Shown here in pieces: positions 8,779 to 16,642 of a DNA stretch of 52,264 nucleotides (its first letter is position 1; each line of letters begins with the position of its first letter). A program made the position numbers and the translations under genes. The notes under the pieces were generated by a model. It was not told the origin of the DNA. It worked only from the letters and a program-made list of their open reading frames with translations, and searched no databases. This stretch comes from an uncultured Phycisphaeraceae bacterium. GTDB lineage: Bacteria > Planctomycetota > Phycisphaerae > Phycisphaerales > Phycisphaeraceae. Location: positions 1 through 52,264 of the forward strand of contig CAZYQL010000005.1 in assembly GCA_964650055.1 (NCBI GenBank). The letters are read 5' to 3'.

Positions 8779-10038
8779 TCACATCTTCACCACGCGCACC
8801 GCCGGCCCATACTCAATTTTCACCGGTAGCCCCCCACTCAAAATCGAAACGCGTCCCGCTTCAACGACCAGTTCATTGATATAGCTGTTGACCGGCGTGG
8901 CGATAAGACCGCGTTCATCAATGGCCGCCTTAGCGCGCTGCCTTCGTATCAGCGCAGATGCCTCGCCCAGTCCTGCGCCCGCTTCTTCGACTGTAATGGC
9001 AGCATCAACGAGCGCCGCGATGGAGTCGTGGCCATAGCCGACGGGCCTGAGACCTTCACCATTAAAAGGCACGAGACGGAAATAGTCAGGATTGATGAAG
9101 TGAAAATGTTTGCCGCTGTCGGTTGGCTCAACATAAGAATGAGCAACACCGCGATAGTTGTCACGATGTTCAATGAGCCCGCCGCCAGTTGAATTGCCAC
9201 TAGCCGCTTCGCAGAACATGGTGATGCCCTGATCATTGGAGCCTGCGCCCTGGTCGGGATAGCCTAGGCCGTTGATGACGCTCAGCACGCTGCCGTTTTC
9301 GAAGGCGACCTGCGCTGCTGACCACATGTAGGCTTCATTGCCATTGGGGAAAATGCCTTCGACGCCGCGTACGGAAACTGCTGTGGGGCGAAGGCCGGTG
9401 ATGAAGTAAACCAAATCGACATAGTGGCAGCCAATGTAGGTGAAGGGGTCGGTCTTGTCTTTGGTGAACCAGTTCTGAAAATTGGAATGGCGATAGGACC
9501 AGGGTTCGATGAGCTTCGCTTCACCGCAGCGGAACTGGCCGAACTTGCCGCTGCGATAGGAGCCGCGTGCTTCCAGACTTCGCCGATCGAATCGCTTGTG
9601 ATATTCGATGCCGACGAATAGGCCGCGCTCGTGGGCCAGCTTCGCGATGGCGCGGGCTTGTTCATAATGATGAACCAGAGGCTTGACGCAGATGACGTGC
9701 TGATCGTGCTTGAGTGCGAAGGTCACCATCTCTTCGTGCAGTTCATCGGGTGTGGCGACGATGACCAGTTGCCGGGGCTGCATCGCGCTGACCACATCCT
9801 TCCAAAGCGCGGGCTGTACGCGATCATCCGGATCACCCAGCGGCGGAAACGCTTCAAAGGATTGCCCGGGAAATGCAGCGGCAAAGCGATCATCGGTGAG
9901 CGCACGCAGCCGCGTGGTGCGTGACCCGACGATGCGAATCTGATTCACAAGACCGTCGCGCTGAAGCTGATAAACACTGGGCAGAATCTGATCGTAAACG
10001 ATCATGCCAGCGCCGAGGATGGTGATATCGGTAGGCAT
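8779..10038 (-). CDS. Gfo/Idh/MocA family oxidoreductase
   Basis: N-terminal Rossmann ITILGAGMIVYDQILP and EKP-like block (ICVKPL). Size and layout fit the family. Confidence 0.7.
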   Translation of the reverse strand: MPTDITILGAGMIVYDQILPSVYQLQRDGLVNQIRIVGSRTTRLRALTDDRFAAAFPGQSFEAFPPLGDPDDRVQPALWKDVVSAMQPRQLVIVATPDELHEEMVTFALKHDQHVICVKPLVHHYEQARAIAKLAHERGLFVGIEYHKRFDRRSLEARGSYRSGKFGQFRCGEAKLIEPWSYRHSNFQNWFTKDKTDPFTYIGCHYVDLVYFITGLRPTAVSVRGVEGIFPNGNEAYMWSAAQVAFENGSVLSVINGLGYPDQGAGSNDQGITMFCEAASGNSTGGGLIEHRDNYRGVAHSYVEPTDSGKHFHFINPDYFRLVPFNGEGLRPVGYGHDSIAALVDAAITVEEAGAGLGEASALIRRQRAKAAIDERGLIATPVNSYINELVVEAGRVSILSGGLPVKIEYGPAVRVVKM

Positions 10039-10046
10039 CAGGCTCT

Positions 10047-10430
10047 CTAGTTCTCAGATTGAAGTAATGGGGCAATGGTGACGAGGCCATCCACAACTAC
10101 CTGCATTCGTAACTCGAATCCTTGAAGCAATTCCATGCCGATGAGCAGGTCGCCTTCGGTGGCATCAATGGGCACTGCTCTTTCCTTGTTGTCCCAGAGT
10201 ATGCGTCCTTCATAGACATCGACATCGATGACCGAACCATCTGCGAGGATTGACGTGGTGGAACGCGACCAGGGATAGTTCATGGCTTTGATCCATGACA
10301 CCGGCATCGACATGGCCCCGCTGAATCCAGTATCAACGACGAAATCCAATGCCGGTCGGCTTCCCTCAGCGTCCAGAAGTATGATGGAAACGATCGCGTC
10401 AAGTTCCCGGGTGATTGTGCCGCTGATCAC
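10047..10430 (-). CDS. retropepsin-like (clan AA) single-domain aspartic protease
   Basis: Catalytic FVVDTGFSG motif and LLIGMELLQG block. GTG start overlaps the TGA of the upstream ORF (GTGA at 10427-10430). The longer track ORF (to 10496) would overlap the upstream gene by 70 nt. Confidence 0.7.
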   Translation of the reverse strand: MISGTITRELDAIVSIILLDAEGSRPALDFVVDTGFSGAMSMPVSWIKAMNYPWSRSTTSILADGSVIDVDVYEGRILWDNKERAVPIDATEGDLLIGMELLQGFELRMQVVVDGLVTIAPLLQSEN

Positions 10431-10702
10431 TTGGAGCTCCTGGCGCGGCGGCCACCCAGACGTCTTCCAAACGGCGAGCCGACGCGTCGCATCCAAACCA
10501 ATGCGTCTGGCCTGCGCTCGCGCAGCCGCTCGGCGGCGAGCATTTCATCAGCGTCCACTTCATAATCACCGGTACTGATGTCGATCAGGAGATAGTCGCT
10601 GTCCGCGCAGCCTGTCAGTTTCGCGCGAATGCTCTGATCAAACAGAGATTCCGCTTTGCGGGCCATCTCGTCTCTAAGCGCTGTCGATGGTGGTTGTCGC
10701 AT
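10427..10702 (-). CDS. hypothetical small protein, translationally coupled partner of the aspartic protease
   Basis: About 91 aa. AAGGA about 9 nt upstream of ATG 10702 (alternative ATG at 10732). Motif DYLLIDISTGDYEVDADEMLAAERLRERRPDALVWMRRVGSPFGRRLGG with an Arg-rich tail. Stop overlaps the protease start. Confidence 0.5.
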   Translation of the reverse strand: MRQPPSTALRDEMARKAESLFDQSIRAKLTGCADSDYLLIDISTGDYEVDADEMLAAERLRERRPDALVWMRRVGSPFGRRLGGRRARSSK

Positions 10703-10773
10703 GGGGAAAGTCCTTGGCGTACTCAATGCCATACGATGATTCTAGCGATGAAGCAGCAGTCGTTCTTTGGTAC

Positions 10774-12165
10774 TCAGCTCAACTGGTTTGTACACGCCTC
10801 CGCCACCGCTTCCGCCAGCACCTCGAGCCCTTCGCGAATCGCTTCTTCGGTGATGCTCAAAGGCGGTGAAACCTTCACGCATGCGCCGCCAAAGCCTACG
10901 GGAGCGAAGAGCATCAGTCCTTTTTCTACGCATCGTTTGACGATGCCAGCAGCGAGATCGCCATCGGGATCAGTCGTGCCTCGCTTGACGATGTGCAGTG
11001 AACCGACGAGGCCTTTGCCCATCGCGGCGCCGATGAACGAGGAGTGCTTGATCTGAATGTCGCCAAGGCCCGCCTGAAGAATCTCGCCGAGGGTCGCAGC
11101 GTTTTCGACCATGCCTTCGTCGATGATGGCTCGCAGGCTTGCCAGTGCAGCAACGGCGCAGACCGGGTTGCCCGTGTGTGTGCTGGTCATCGATCCGGGC
11201 GGATAAAGATCCATCACATCGCTGCGTCCGATGACTGCGCTGAGCGGCATGCCGCTGCTGATGCCTTTGCCACAGCAGATCAGATCGGGGTTGATGTCAT
11301 AGTGCTCAAAGCCCCAGAACTTGCCTGTGCGACCAAAGCCCGCCTGCACTTCATCGCAGATGAGCAGGATGTCATGCTCATCGCACCAGGCGCGAAGCTG
11401 TTGCATAAAGAGCGGCGGAGCGAAAGCAGAATCGCCGCCTTGATAAGTTTCAGTCATCACGCCTGCAATGCGATCGGGTGTGATCGAGCGCGATTCAAGC
11501 TCGCCTACAAAGCCAGCAAAATCGAGCGAAGGATTGCGGAAGGAATTGGGGAAGGGCACCTGTGTGATGTCCTTGTCGAGGTTGACGATCCACTGCTTGA
11601 GCGACGGAATACCACCCGCCATCTGCGATCCCAGTGTCCGGCCATGGAACGCGTTTTCGAAACTGACCAATCCAATCTTCTTCGCCCCATGCTTGTGCAA
11701 TCCATAAGTGCGAGCCAGCTTGATGGCGCACTCCGTCGCCTCAGCGCCGGTGGTGAGCAGAAACACTTTGTCCAGTCCATCAGGTGCGACATTCGCCAGT
11801 GCTTCAACAAGATCAGCGCGAGGCTGCGAGGGGAAGCAGTAGTTGTGCACCAGGCCATGTTCGATCTGCTCGATCATGGCAGCTTTCACCTTCGGGTGAT
11901 TGTGGCCAGCGTTGGCGACCAGCACGCCGCTGGACCAGTCGAGCCACATGTTGCCAAAGCGATCGAAGACTTGAAAGCCCTCAGCACGATCCCAAAGCAC
12001 CACCGGCTGCCCGCCCATAGAACGCGGCTCATACCGACGTAGTTTCTCGATCATCGGCACAGATTCTGGCGCAGGTATCGCTGTCGCAATTCGGCGATGC
12101 TTGGTGTTCACCTGCGGAACATTTTGAGGCAGTAATGGAAAACGAACGTGCGTCATGCGGAGCAT
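10774..12165 (-). CDS. class-III (aspartate aminotransferase family) PLP-dependent aminotransferase
   Basis: LICDEVQAGFGRTGKFWGFEHY and CCGKGISSG (PLP Lys), with the GNPVCAVA block. Confidence 0.8.
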   Translation of the reverse strand: MLRMTHVRFPLLPQNVPQVNTKHRRIATAIPAPESVPMIEKLRRYEPRSMGGQPVVLWDRAEGFQVFDRFGNMWLDWSSGVLVANAGHNHPKVKAAMIEQIEHGLVHNYCFPSQPRADLVEALANVAPDGLDKVFLLTTGAEATECAIKLARTYGLHKHGAKKIGLVSFENAFHGRTLGSQMAGGIPSLKQWIVNLDKDITQVPFPNSFRNPSLDFAGFVGELESRSITPDRIAGVMTETYQGGDSAFAPPLFMQQLRAWCDEHDILLICDEVQAGFGRTGKFWGFEHYDINPDLICCGKGISSGMPLSAVIGRSDVMDLYPPGSMTSTHTGNPVCAVAALASLRAIIDEGMVENAATLGEILQAGLGDIQIKHSSFIGAAMGKGLVGSLHIVKRGTTDPDGDLAAGIVKRCVEKGLMLFAPVGFGGACVKVSPPLSITEEAIREGLEVLAEAVAEACTNQLS

Positions 12166-12189
12166 CCATATAGAATCGCAAACCGATCC

Positions 12190-12219
12190 AAACTATTTCA
12201 CTTCAAACTATTTCACTTC
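12190..12219. repeat. perfect 15-bp tandem duplication (aaactatttcacttc x2) spanning a stop codon
   Basis: Units at 12190-12204 and 12205-12219. On the minus strand each encodes ..E V K stop, so the gene end of 12208-13194 is duplicated in frame. Confidence 0.9.
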
Positions 12220-13194
12220 AATCACAATCTTGCCAATCGTCCGATTGCTTTCCTGTAGCTGATGTGCCTCGCCCAGATCCGCCAGCTTGAGCCGATGACT
12301 GACGATCGGCTTGAGTTTGCCCGCGTCCACCAGCTTTGCAATTTCGGCCAGTGCTGCGCCCTGTCTCTGAGGCTCGACATCGAACATCGTGGGCAGTCCC
12401 ATGTATTCCAGATGCACAGAAGCGCTCTTGGCGAAAAGTGAATTGATGTGATCGGTGGGGATGCCGGGCACGATCGTCACGACGCGGCCGTAGTATCCGA
12501 TGCAGCGCAGCGAAAGGTTGAATGTATCCCCGCCCACCGTGTCGAACACAACCGCACAAAGTTTGCCTGCGGTGATCTCCACAACACGCTTGATCACATC
12601 CTCTGTTTTGTAATCGACGACTTCATCAGCGCCCACCGCTTTGCACGCAGCAATTGATTCTTCGCGACTGGCAGTGGTGATGACTTTGCAGCCGTGCGCT
12701 TTGGCAAGCTGAATCGCCAAGTGACCCACGCCGCCTGCGCCTGCGTGAATGAGCACCCAGTCGCCGGGCTTGATTTGGCCGTGGTTGTGCAGCGATTCCC
12801 ATGCGGTCAGTCCCGCCAGAGGCAAGGCGGCTGCGTGATCGTGATCAATCGACTTGGGCTTGATCGCGGCGGAACGGTAGTCAACGCAGACGAACTCCGC
12901 ATTGGAGCCGTCGCGTTTGAGATTGGGGGAAGCGAAGATTTCATCACCGACCTTGAAGCCGGTGGCGTTCTTCCCGAGTGAGCGCACGATGCCGCTGACG
13001 TCGTAACCGAGGATAAAAGGAAAAGTCCTCTCACCCCAGCGCGGCGCGGATCGAATTTTGAAGTCTACAGGATTCAGACCCGCGCGGACGACTTCGATAA
13101 GGAGGTCGTTGTCGCCGGGAATCGGGGTGGGCATCTCTTGAAGCTTGAGGACTTCGGGGCCGCCGTATTTTGTGACAGTCATTGCGAGCATGTC
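12208..13194 (-). CDS. zinc-type alcohol dehydrogenase / NADPH:quinone oxidoreductase (MDR family)
   Basis: LIHAGAGGVGHLAIQLAK Rossmann motif and YGGPEVL N-terminus. AAGGAG 7 nt upstream of ATG 13194, so the longer track ORF to 13293 is not favoured. Confidence 0.8.
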   Translation of the reverse strand, partial: DMLAMTVTKYGGPEVLKLQEMPTPIPGDNDLLIEVVRAGLNPVDFKIRSAPRWGERTFPFILGYDVSGIVRSLGKNATGFKVGDEIFASPNLKRDGSNAEFVCVDYRSAAIKPKSIDHDHAAALPLAGLTAWESLHNHGQIKPGDWVLIHAGAGGVGHLAIQLAKAHGCKVITTASREESIAACKAVGADEVVDYKTEDVIKRVVEITAGKLCAVVFDTVGGDTFNLSLRCIGYYGRVVTIVPGIPTDHINSLFAKSASVHLEYMGLPTMFDVEPQRQGAALAEIAKLVDAGKLKPIVSHRLKLADLGEAHQLQESNRTIGKIVIEVK

Positions 13195-13224
13195 AGGTCT
13201 CCTTAGGTAAACCTGCATGGTAAC

Positions 13225-13241
13225 GAAATGAAATTCATTTC
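13225..13241. promoter_or_regulatory. 17-bp perfect palindrome gaaatgaa-a-ttcatttc upstream of the quinone oxidoreductase gene
   Basis: Seen directly, 31-47 nt upstream of the ATG at 13194 (minus strand). The operator function is only inferred. Confidence 0.3.
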
Positions 13242-13319
13242 TTCGCAGCCTTATGCTTTGCCATTGAGGCAAGCCAATGGCAGGTCGAAACAAGCTGCTG
13301 AGACAGGAACGCCTGTGCG

Positions 13320-15995
13320 TTATCGTCCCATCTTCTCCATACAGCGGACTGCCAGTGCGGTCCAGCCGGTCTGATGGCTTGCGCCGCAGCCGCGGCCGGT
13401 GTCGCCGTGGAAATACTCGTAGAAGAGGACGAGGTCTTTCCAGTGTGGATCGTCAGCATAGCGACGGTCTTCGCCGTGACACGGGCGAGCGCCAGACTCA
13501 TCCTGGAGGAAGAGGCGGGAGAGGCGCGTGGCGATTTCAGTAGCGACGTCGCGCAGGTTCATCATGTTGCCTGAGCCGGTGGGGCATTCGACTTTGAGGT
13601 CTTCGCCGTAGAAGTAGTGATAGCGTTCGAGGGCTTCGATGATGAGGTAGTTCAGCGGAAACCAGATAGGCCCGCGCCAGTTGGAGTTGCCGCCGAACAT
13701 GGAGGTATCAGATTCGCCAGGTGTGTAGGCGACGCGGGCAATGGTGCCATCGGTCTTGAATTCGAAGGGCGACTTCTCGTGAATCTTCGAGAGAGAACGG
13801 ATGCCAAAGGGCGAAAGGAATTCGTGCTCATCGAGCATGTAGCGCAGCACGCGGACGAGGCGTTCCTTGGTCGGAATAGCGAGCAGCAGTTTCTTTTCTT
13901 TATCGTGTTCACTGCGCTCGAGGATGGTGATCCGCTTGGCCAACTCGGGGCGGTTCTTCATGAACCACTCGGTGCGTTTGCGGAATCCATCGAGTGGCTT
14001 GAGCAGATACTCTTCCATCACATCAACTGCACAGATAGGCAACAGTCCCACCATCGAGCGCACACGCAGCGGCTGTGCATGGCCATTGCAGAGAATCTGG
14101 TCGTAATAGAAACCATCTTCTTCATCCCACAGACCTGTGCCACCCAGCGAGTTCATGGCATCAGTGATGGCGATGAAATGCTCGAAGAATTTGGAGGCGA
14201 CATCTTCATAAGCAGGATCTTCCTGCGCCAGCTCGAGCGCAATGGCGAGCATCGAGATGCAGTAGAACGCCATCCACGCGGTGCCATCGGCTTGTTCGAG
14301 TTGAGCGCCGCCGGGCAGCGGGCGCGAGCGATCGAACGGGCCAATGTTATCCAGTCCAAGGAAGCCGCCGGCAAACAGATTGCGGCCGGCCGGGTCCTTG
14401 CGATTGACCCACCATGTGAAATTCAGCAGCAGCTTCTGAAACACGCGGGCTAGGAAAACTTTGTCGCGCTGGCCACGCGGAGCCGTCATCTTGTAAACGC
14501 GATAGCACGCCCAGGCATGCACGGGCGGATTCACATCGCCCAGCGCAAACTCATACGCGGGAATCTGTCCGTTGGGATGCATGTACCACTCGCGCAGAAA
14601 CAGAATGAGCTGCTCCTTGGCAAAGTGCGGATCAACCTCGGCAAAGGGCACCATGTGAAACGCCAGATCCCAAGCGGCATACCACGGGTATTCCCATTTG
14701 TCCGGCATCGAAATCAGATCGCGATTAAATAGCAGCGGCCAATCGCTGTTGCGACCTTTGTCACGCGAAGGCGGCGGCGAAGGCATCGTCGGATCGCCTT
14801 CGAGCCAATCCTTGACGACGTAGTGATAAAACTGCTTCGTCCACAGCAGGCCCGCATATGCCTGCCGCGTCACAGCAGTCGCATCACCATTGAGCCTGCG
14901 CTTGATGATGCTGCTGTAGTAGGTGTCCGCTTCTTTGATACGATCGCTGAAGATCGCATCAAACGCATCGCCAAACGGCTGCTTGCGCGACGCTGCATCG
15001 TGATACATCCGTAGCTTCATCACACGGCTCTCGCCCGGCTGCAAAATGAACTGATACGGAATGCCCGCTTTGGTGCCCATCTGCTGCGGATTCATCGCGC
15101 TGGTGTTGCCATGGATGATTACTTCGTGAAACGCATCTTTGACGAAGGGCGACGTGTTGGCGGTGCCGTAGAGCTTTTGAAGGTTGGTTTTGTTTTCAGT
15201 GAACATCACCGAAGGCGGCGGCGTCTTCTCGTGAGCCTCGAAAGCCAGTCGCATACGACCGAGGGCTTCGTGATCGGCAATCAGTTCATGCTCGTTGCCC
15301 ATCTGAATCACAGGCTTGGCCCAGAAGCCTTCCCCGGTGCGACCCCATGCCCAAGTGTTGCGGTACCACAGCTGCGGGATCACGTGAAGCGGCGCGGGCT
15401 CAGGGCCGCGATTGCTGACGGTGATGCGAATGAGAATGTCGTTGTCATCAGCCTTGGCGTATTCCGTCTGCACATCGAAGTAGCGATTCTCTTTGAAGAG
15501 GCCCAGGTCGATGAGTTCGAGTTCGCCGATCTTGCCGCGTGCGGGGCCGCCATCTTTGACGAGTGCTTCGTAGGGGTATTGCTGATGCGGATATTTGTAG
15601 AGCGCTTTGGCGTAGGAGTAAGTGGGGGTGGCGTCGAGGTAGTAGTAGCACTCTTTGACGTCTTCGCCGTGGTTGCCCTCGGGGCCGGTGAGGCCGAAGA
15701 GTCGCTCTTTGAGGATGGTGTCCTTGCCGTTCCACAGCGCCAGTGAAAAGCAGAGCCGGCATTCGCGATCAGTGAAGCCGAAGAGCCCATCCTCGCCCCA
15801 GCGGAAAGCTCTGCTGCGCGCGTGATCGTGCGGAAAATAAGACCAGACGCTGCCATCGGCTGAGTAGTCTTCGCGCACCGTGCCCCACTGACGCTCAGAG
15901 AGATAAGGCCCCCAGCGCTTCCAGTTGGCTTTCCTCAGTACGTCCAGGGCCAGGCGCTGCGATTCAGGATCATTTGGAGGTTGCTTGTCACTCAT
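13320..15995 (-). CDS. GH63-like (MGH1-like, alpha/alpha-toroid) glucosidase
   Basis: 891 aa. The N-terminal block NWKRWGPYLSERQWGTVREDYS...FPHDHARSRAFRWGEDGL is recalled from roughly 890-aa bacterial proteins annotated as glucosidase. Family assignment is from memory of that block. Confidence 0.65.
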   Translation of the reverse strand: MSDKQPPNDPESQRLALDVLRKANWKRWGPYLSERQWGTVREDYSADGSVWSYFPHDHARSRAFRWGEDGLFGFTDRECRLCFSLALWNGKDTILKERLFGLTGPEGNHGEDVKECYYYLDATPTYSYAKALYKYPHQQYPYEALVKDGGPARGKIGELELIDLGLFKENRYFDVQTEYAKADDNDILIRITVSNRGPEPAPLHVIPQLWYRNTWAWGRTGEGFWAKPVIQMGNEHELIADHEALGRMRLAFEAHEKTPPPSVMFTENKTNLQKLYGTANTSPFVKDAFHEVIIHGNTSAMNPQQMGTKAGIPYQFILQPGESRVMKLRMYHDAASRKQPFGDAFDAIFSDRIKEADTYYSSIIKRRLNGDATAVTRQAYAGLLWTKQFYHYVVKDWLEGDPTMPSPPPSRDKGRNSDWPLLFNRDLISMPDKWEYPWYAAWDLAFHMVPFAEVDPHFAKEQLILFLREWYMHPNGQIPAYEFALGDVNPPVHAWACYRVYKMTAPRGQRDKVFLARVFQKLLLNFTWWVNRKDPAGRNLFAGGFLGLDNIGPFDRSRPLPGGAQLEQADGTAWMAFYCISMLAIALELAQEDPAYEDVASKFFEHFIAITDAMNSLGGTGLWDEEDGFYYDQILCNGHAQPLRVRSMVGLLPICAVDVMEEYLLKPLDGFRKRTEWFMKNRPELAKRITILERSEHDKEKKLLLAIPTKERLVRVLRYMLDEHEFLSPFGIRSLSKIHEKSPFEFKTDGTIARVAYTPGESDTSMFGGNSNWRGPIWFPLNYLIIEALERYHYFYGEDLKVECPTGSGNMMNLRDVATEIATRLSRLFLQDESGARPCHGEDRRYADDPHWKDLVLFYEYFHGDTGRGCGASHQTGWTALAVRCMEKMGR

Positions 15996-16372
15996 GGTGC
16001 TTGTGTGCCTCCGCGTGTCACCGCTTTTTCGGCGGCGGCGATCATCTGGCCGAAACGTTCATCACTGACGCCGAGCTTGGTGGCAAAAGCCTGAAGCACG
16101 ATGCGCTCATTGGGGTGAAGCTCGCCATCAGCCACGGCCACACGAAGCATTGTCTTCATTGATTCTTCAGGGTCGCCGCGCAGGAAGCGAAACTGCTGTT
16201 CGTAATAGTTGGGATCGCTGGTAGCACGATCGCGCATCGCCTTGAAGGAGGCAGCACCGACACCGGCATCCGTCGCCAGATGCTGGAGGATTACCAGTTC
16301 ATTTTCACTGATGGTGCCATCAAGCCCCGCAACGCAACACGCGGCACGAAGAATTTCTACTTTGCTGAGCAT
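15992..16372 (-). CDS. TerB-like (tellurite-resistance TerB / DjlA N-terminal type) domain protein
   Basis: Two repeats of the D/E-G-x-(I/L)-x-x-x-E pattern (GLDGTISENELVILQHLA; VADGELHPNERIVLQAFA). Stop overlaps the glucosidase start (ATGA). Start could alternatively be the GTG at 16429. Confidence 0.5.
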   Translation of the reverse strand: MLSKVEILRAACCVAGLDGTISENELVILQHLATDAGVGAASFKAMRDRATSDPNYYEQQFRFLRGDPEESMKTMLRVAVADGELHPNERIVLQAFATKLGVSDERFGQMIAAAEKAVTRGGTQAP

Positions 16373-16493
16373 GGTGAAATCTCGGGGAAAGGATTCAGTT
16401 TCTACAAACCACGGAAAGACGATCGGCACATGGCGACCACTGGTACATCATAAGGTTTGTCGGGCACTGAAGAGCGTGGTCATTTGGTTCGTA

Positions 16494-16616
16494 CTCCCCT
16501 CCCTTCCAGGGAGGGGCGGGGGAGGGTTGGATTTTCGATTGTCAAATAGTGATTAGTCACACACTGGTTTTCTGAGCGCTCGACCCTCCCCTAACCCCTC
16601 CCTAGGAGGGAGGGGA
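16494..16616. repeat. 123-bp inverted-repeat element with about 34-bp G/C-tract arms flanking a 55-bp A/T-richer spacer
   Basis: Left arm ctcccctcccttccagggaggggcgggggagggt. The reverse complement of the right arm is tcccctccctcctagggaggggttaggggagggt. Each arm is itself a hairpin (cccctccct..agggagggg). Confidence 0.8.
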
Positions 16617-16642
16617 ATATGAAAAGTCATTTGCTTGCTCTC

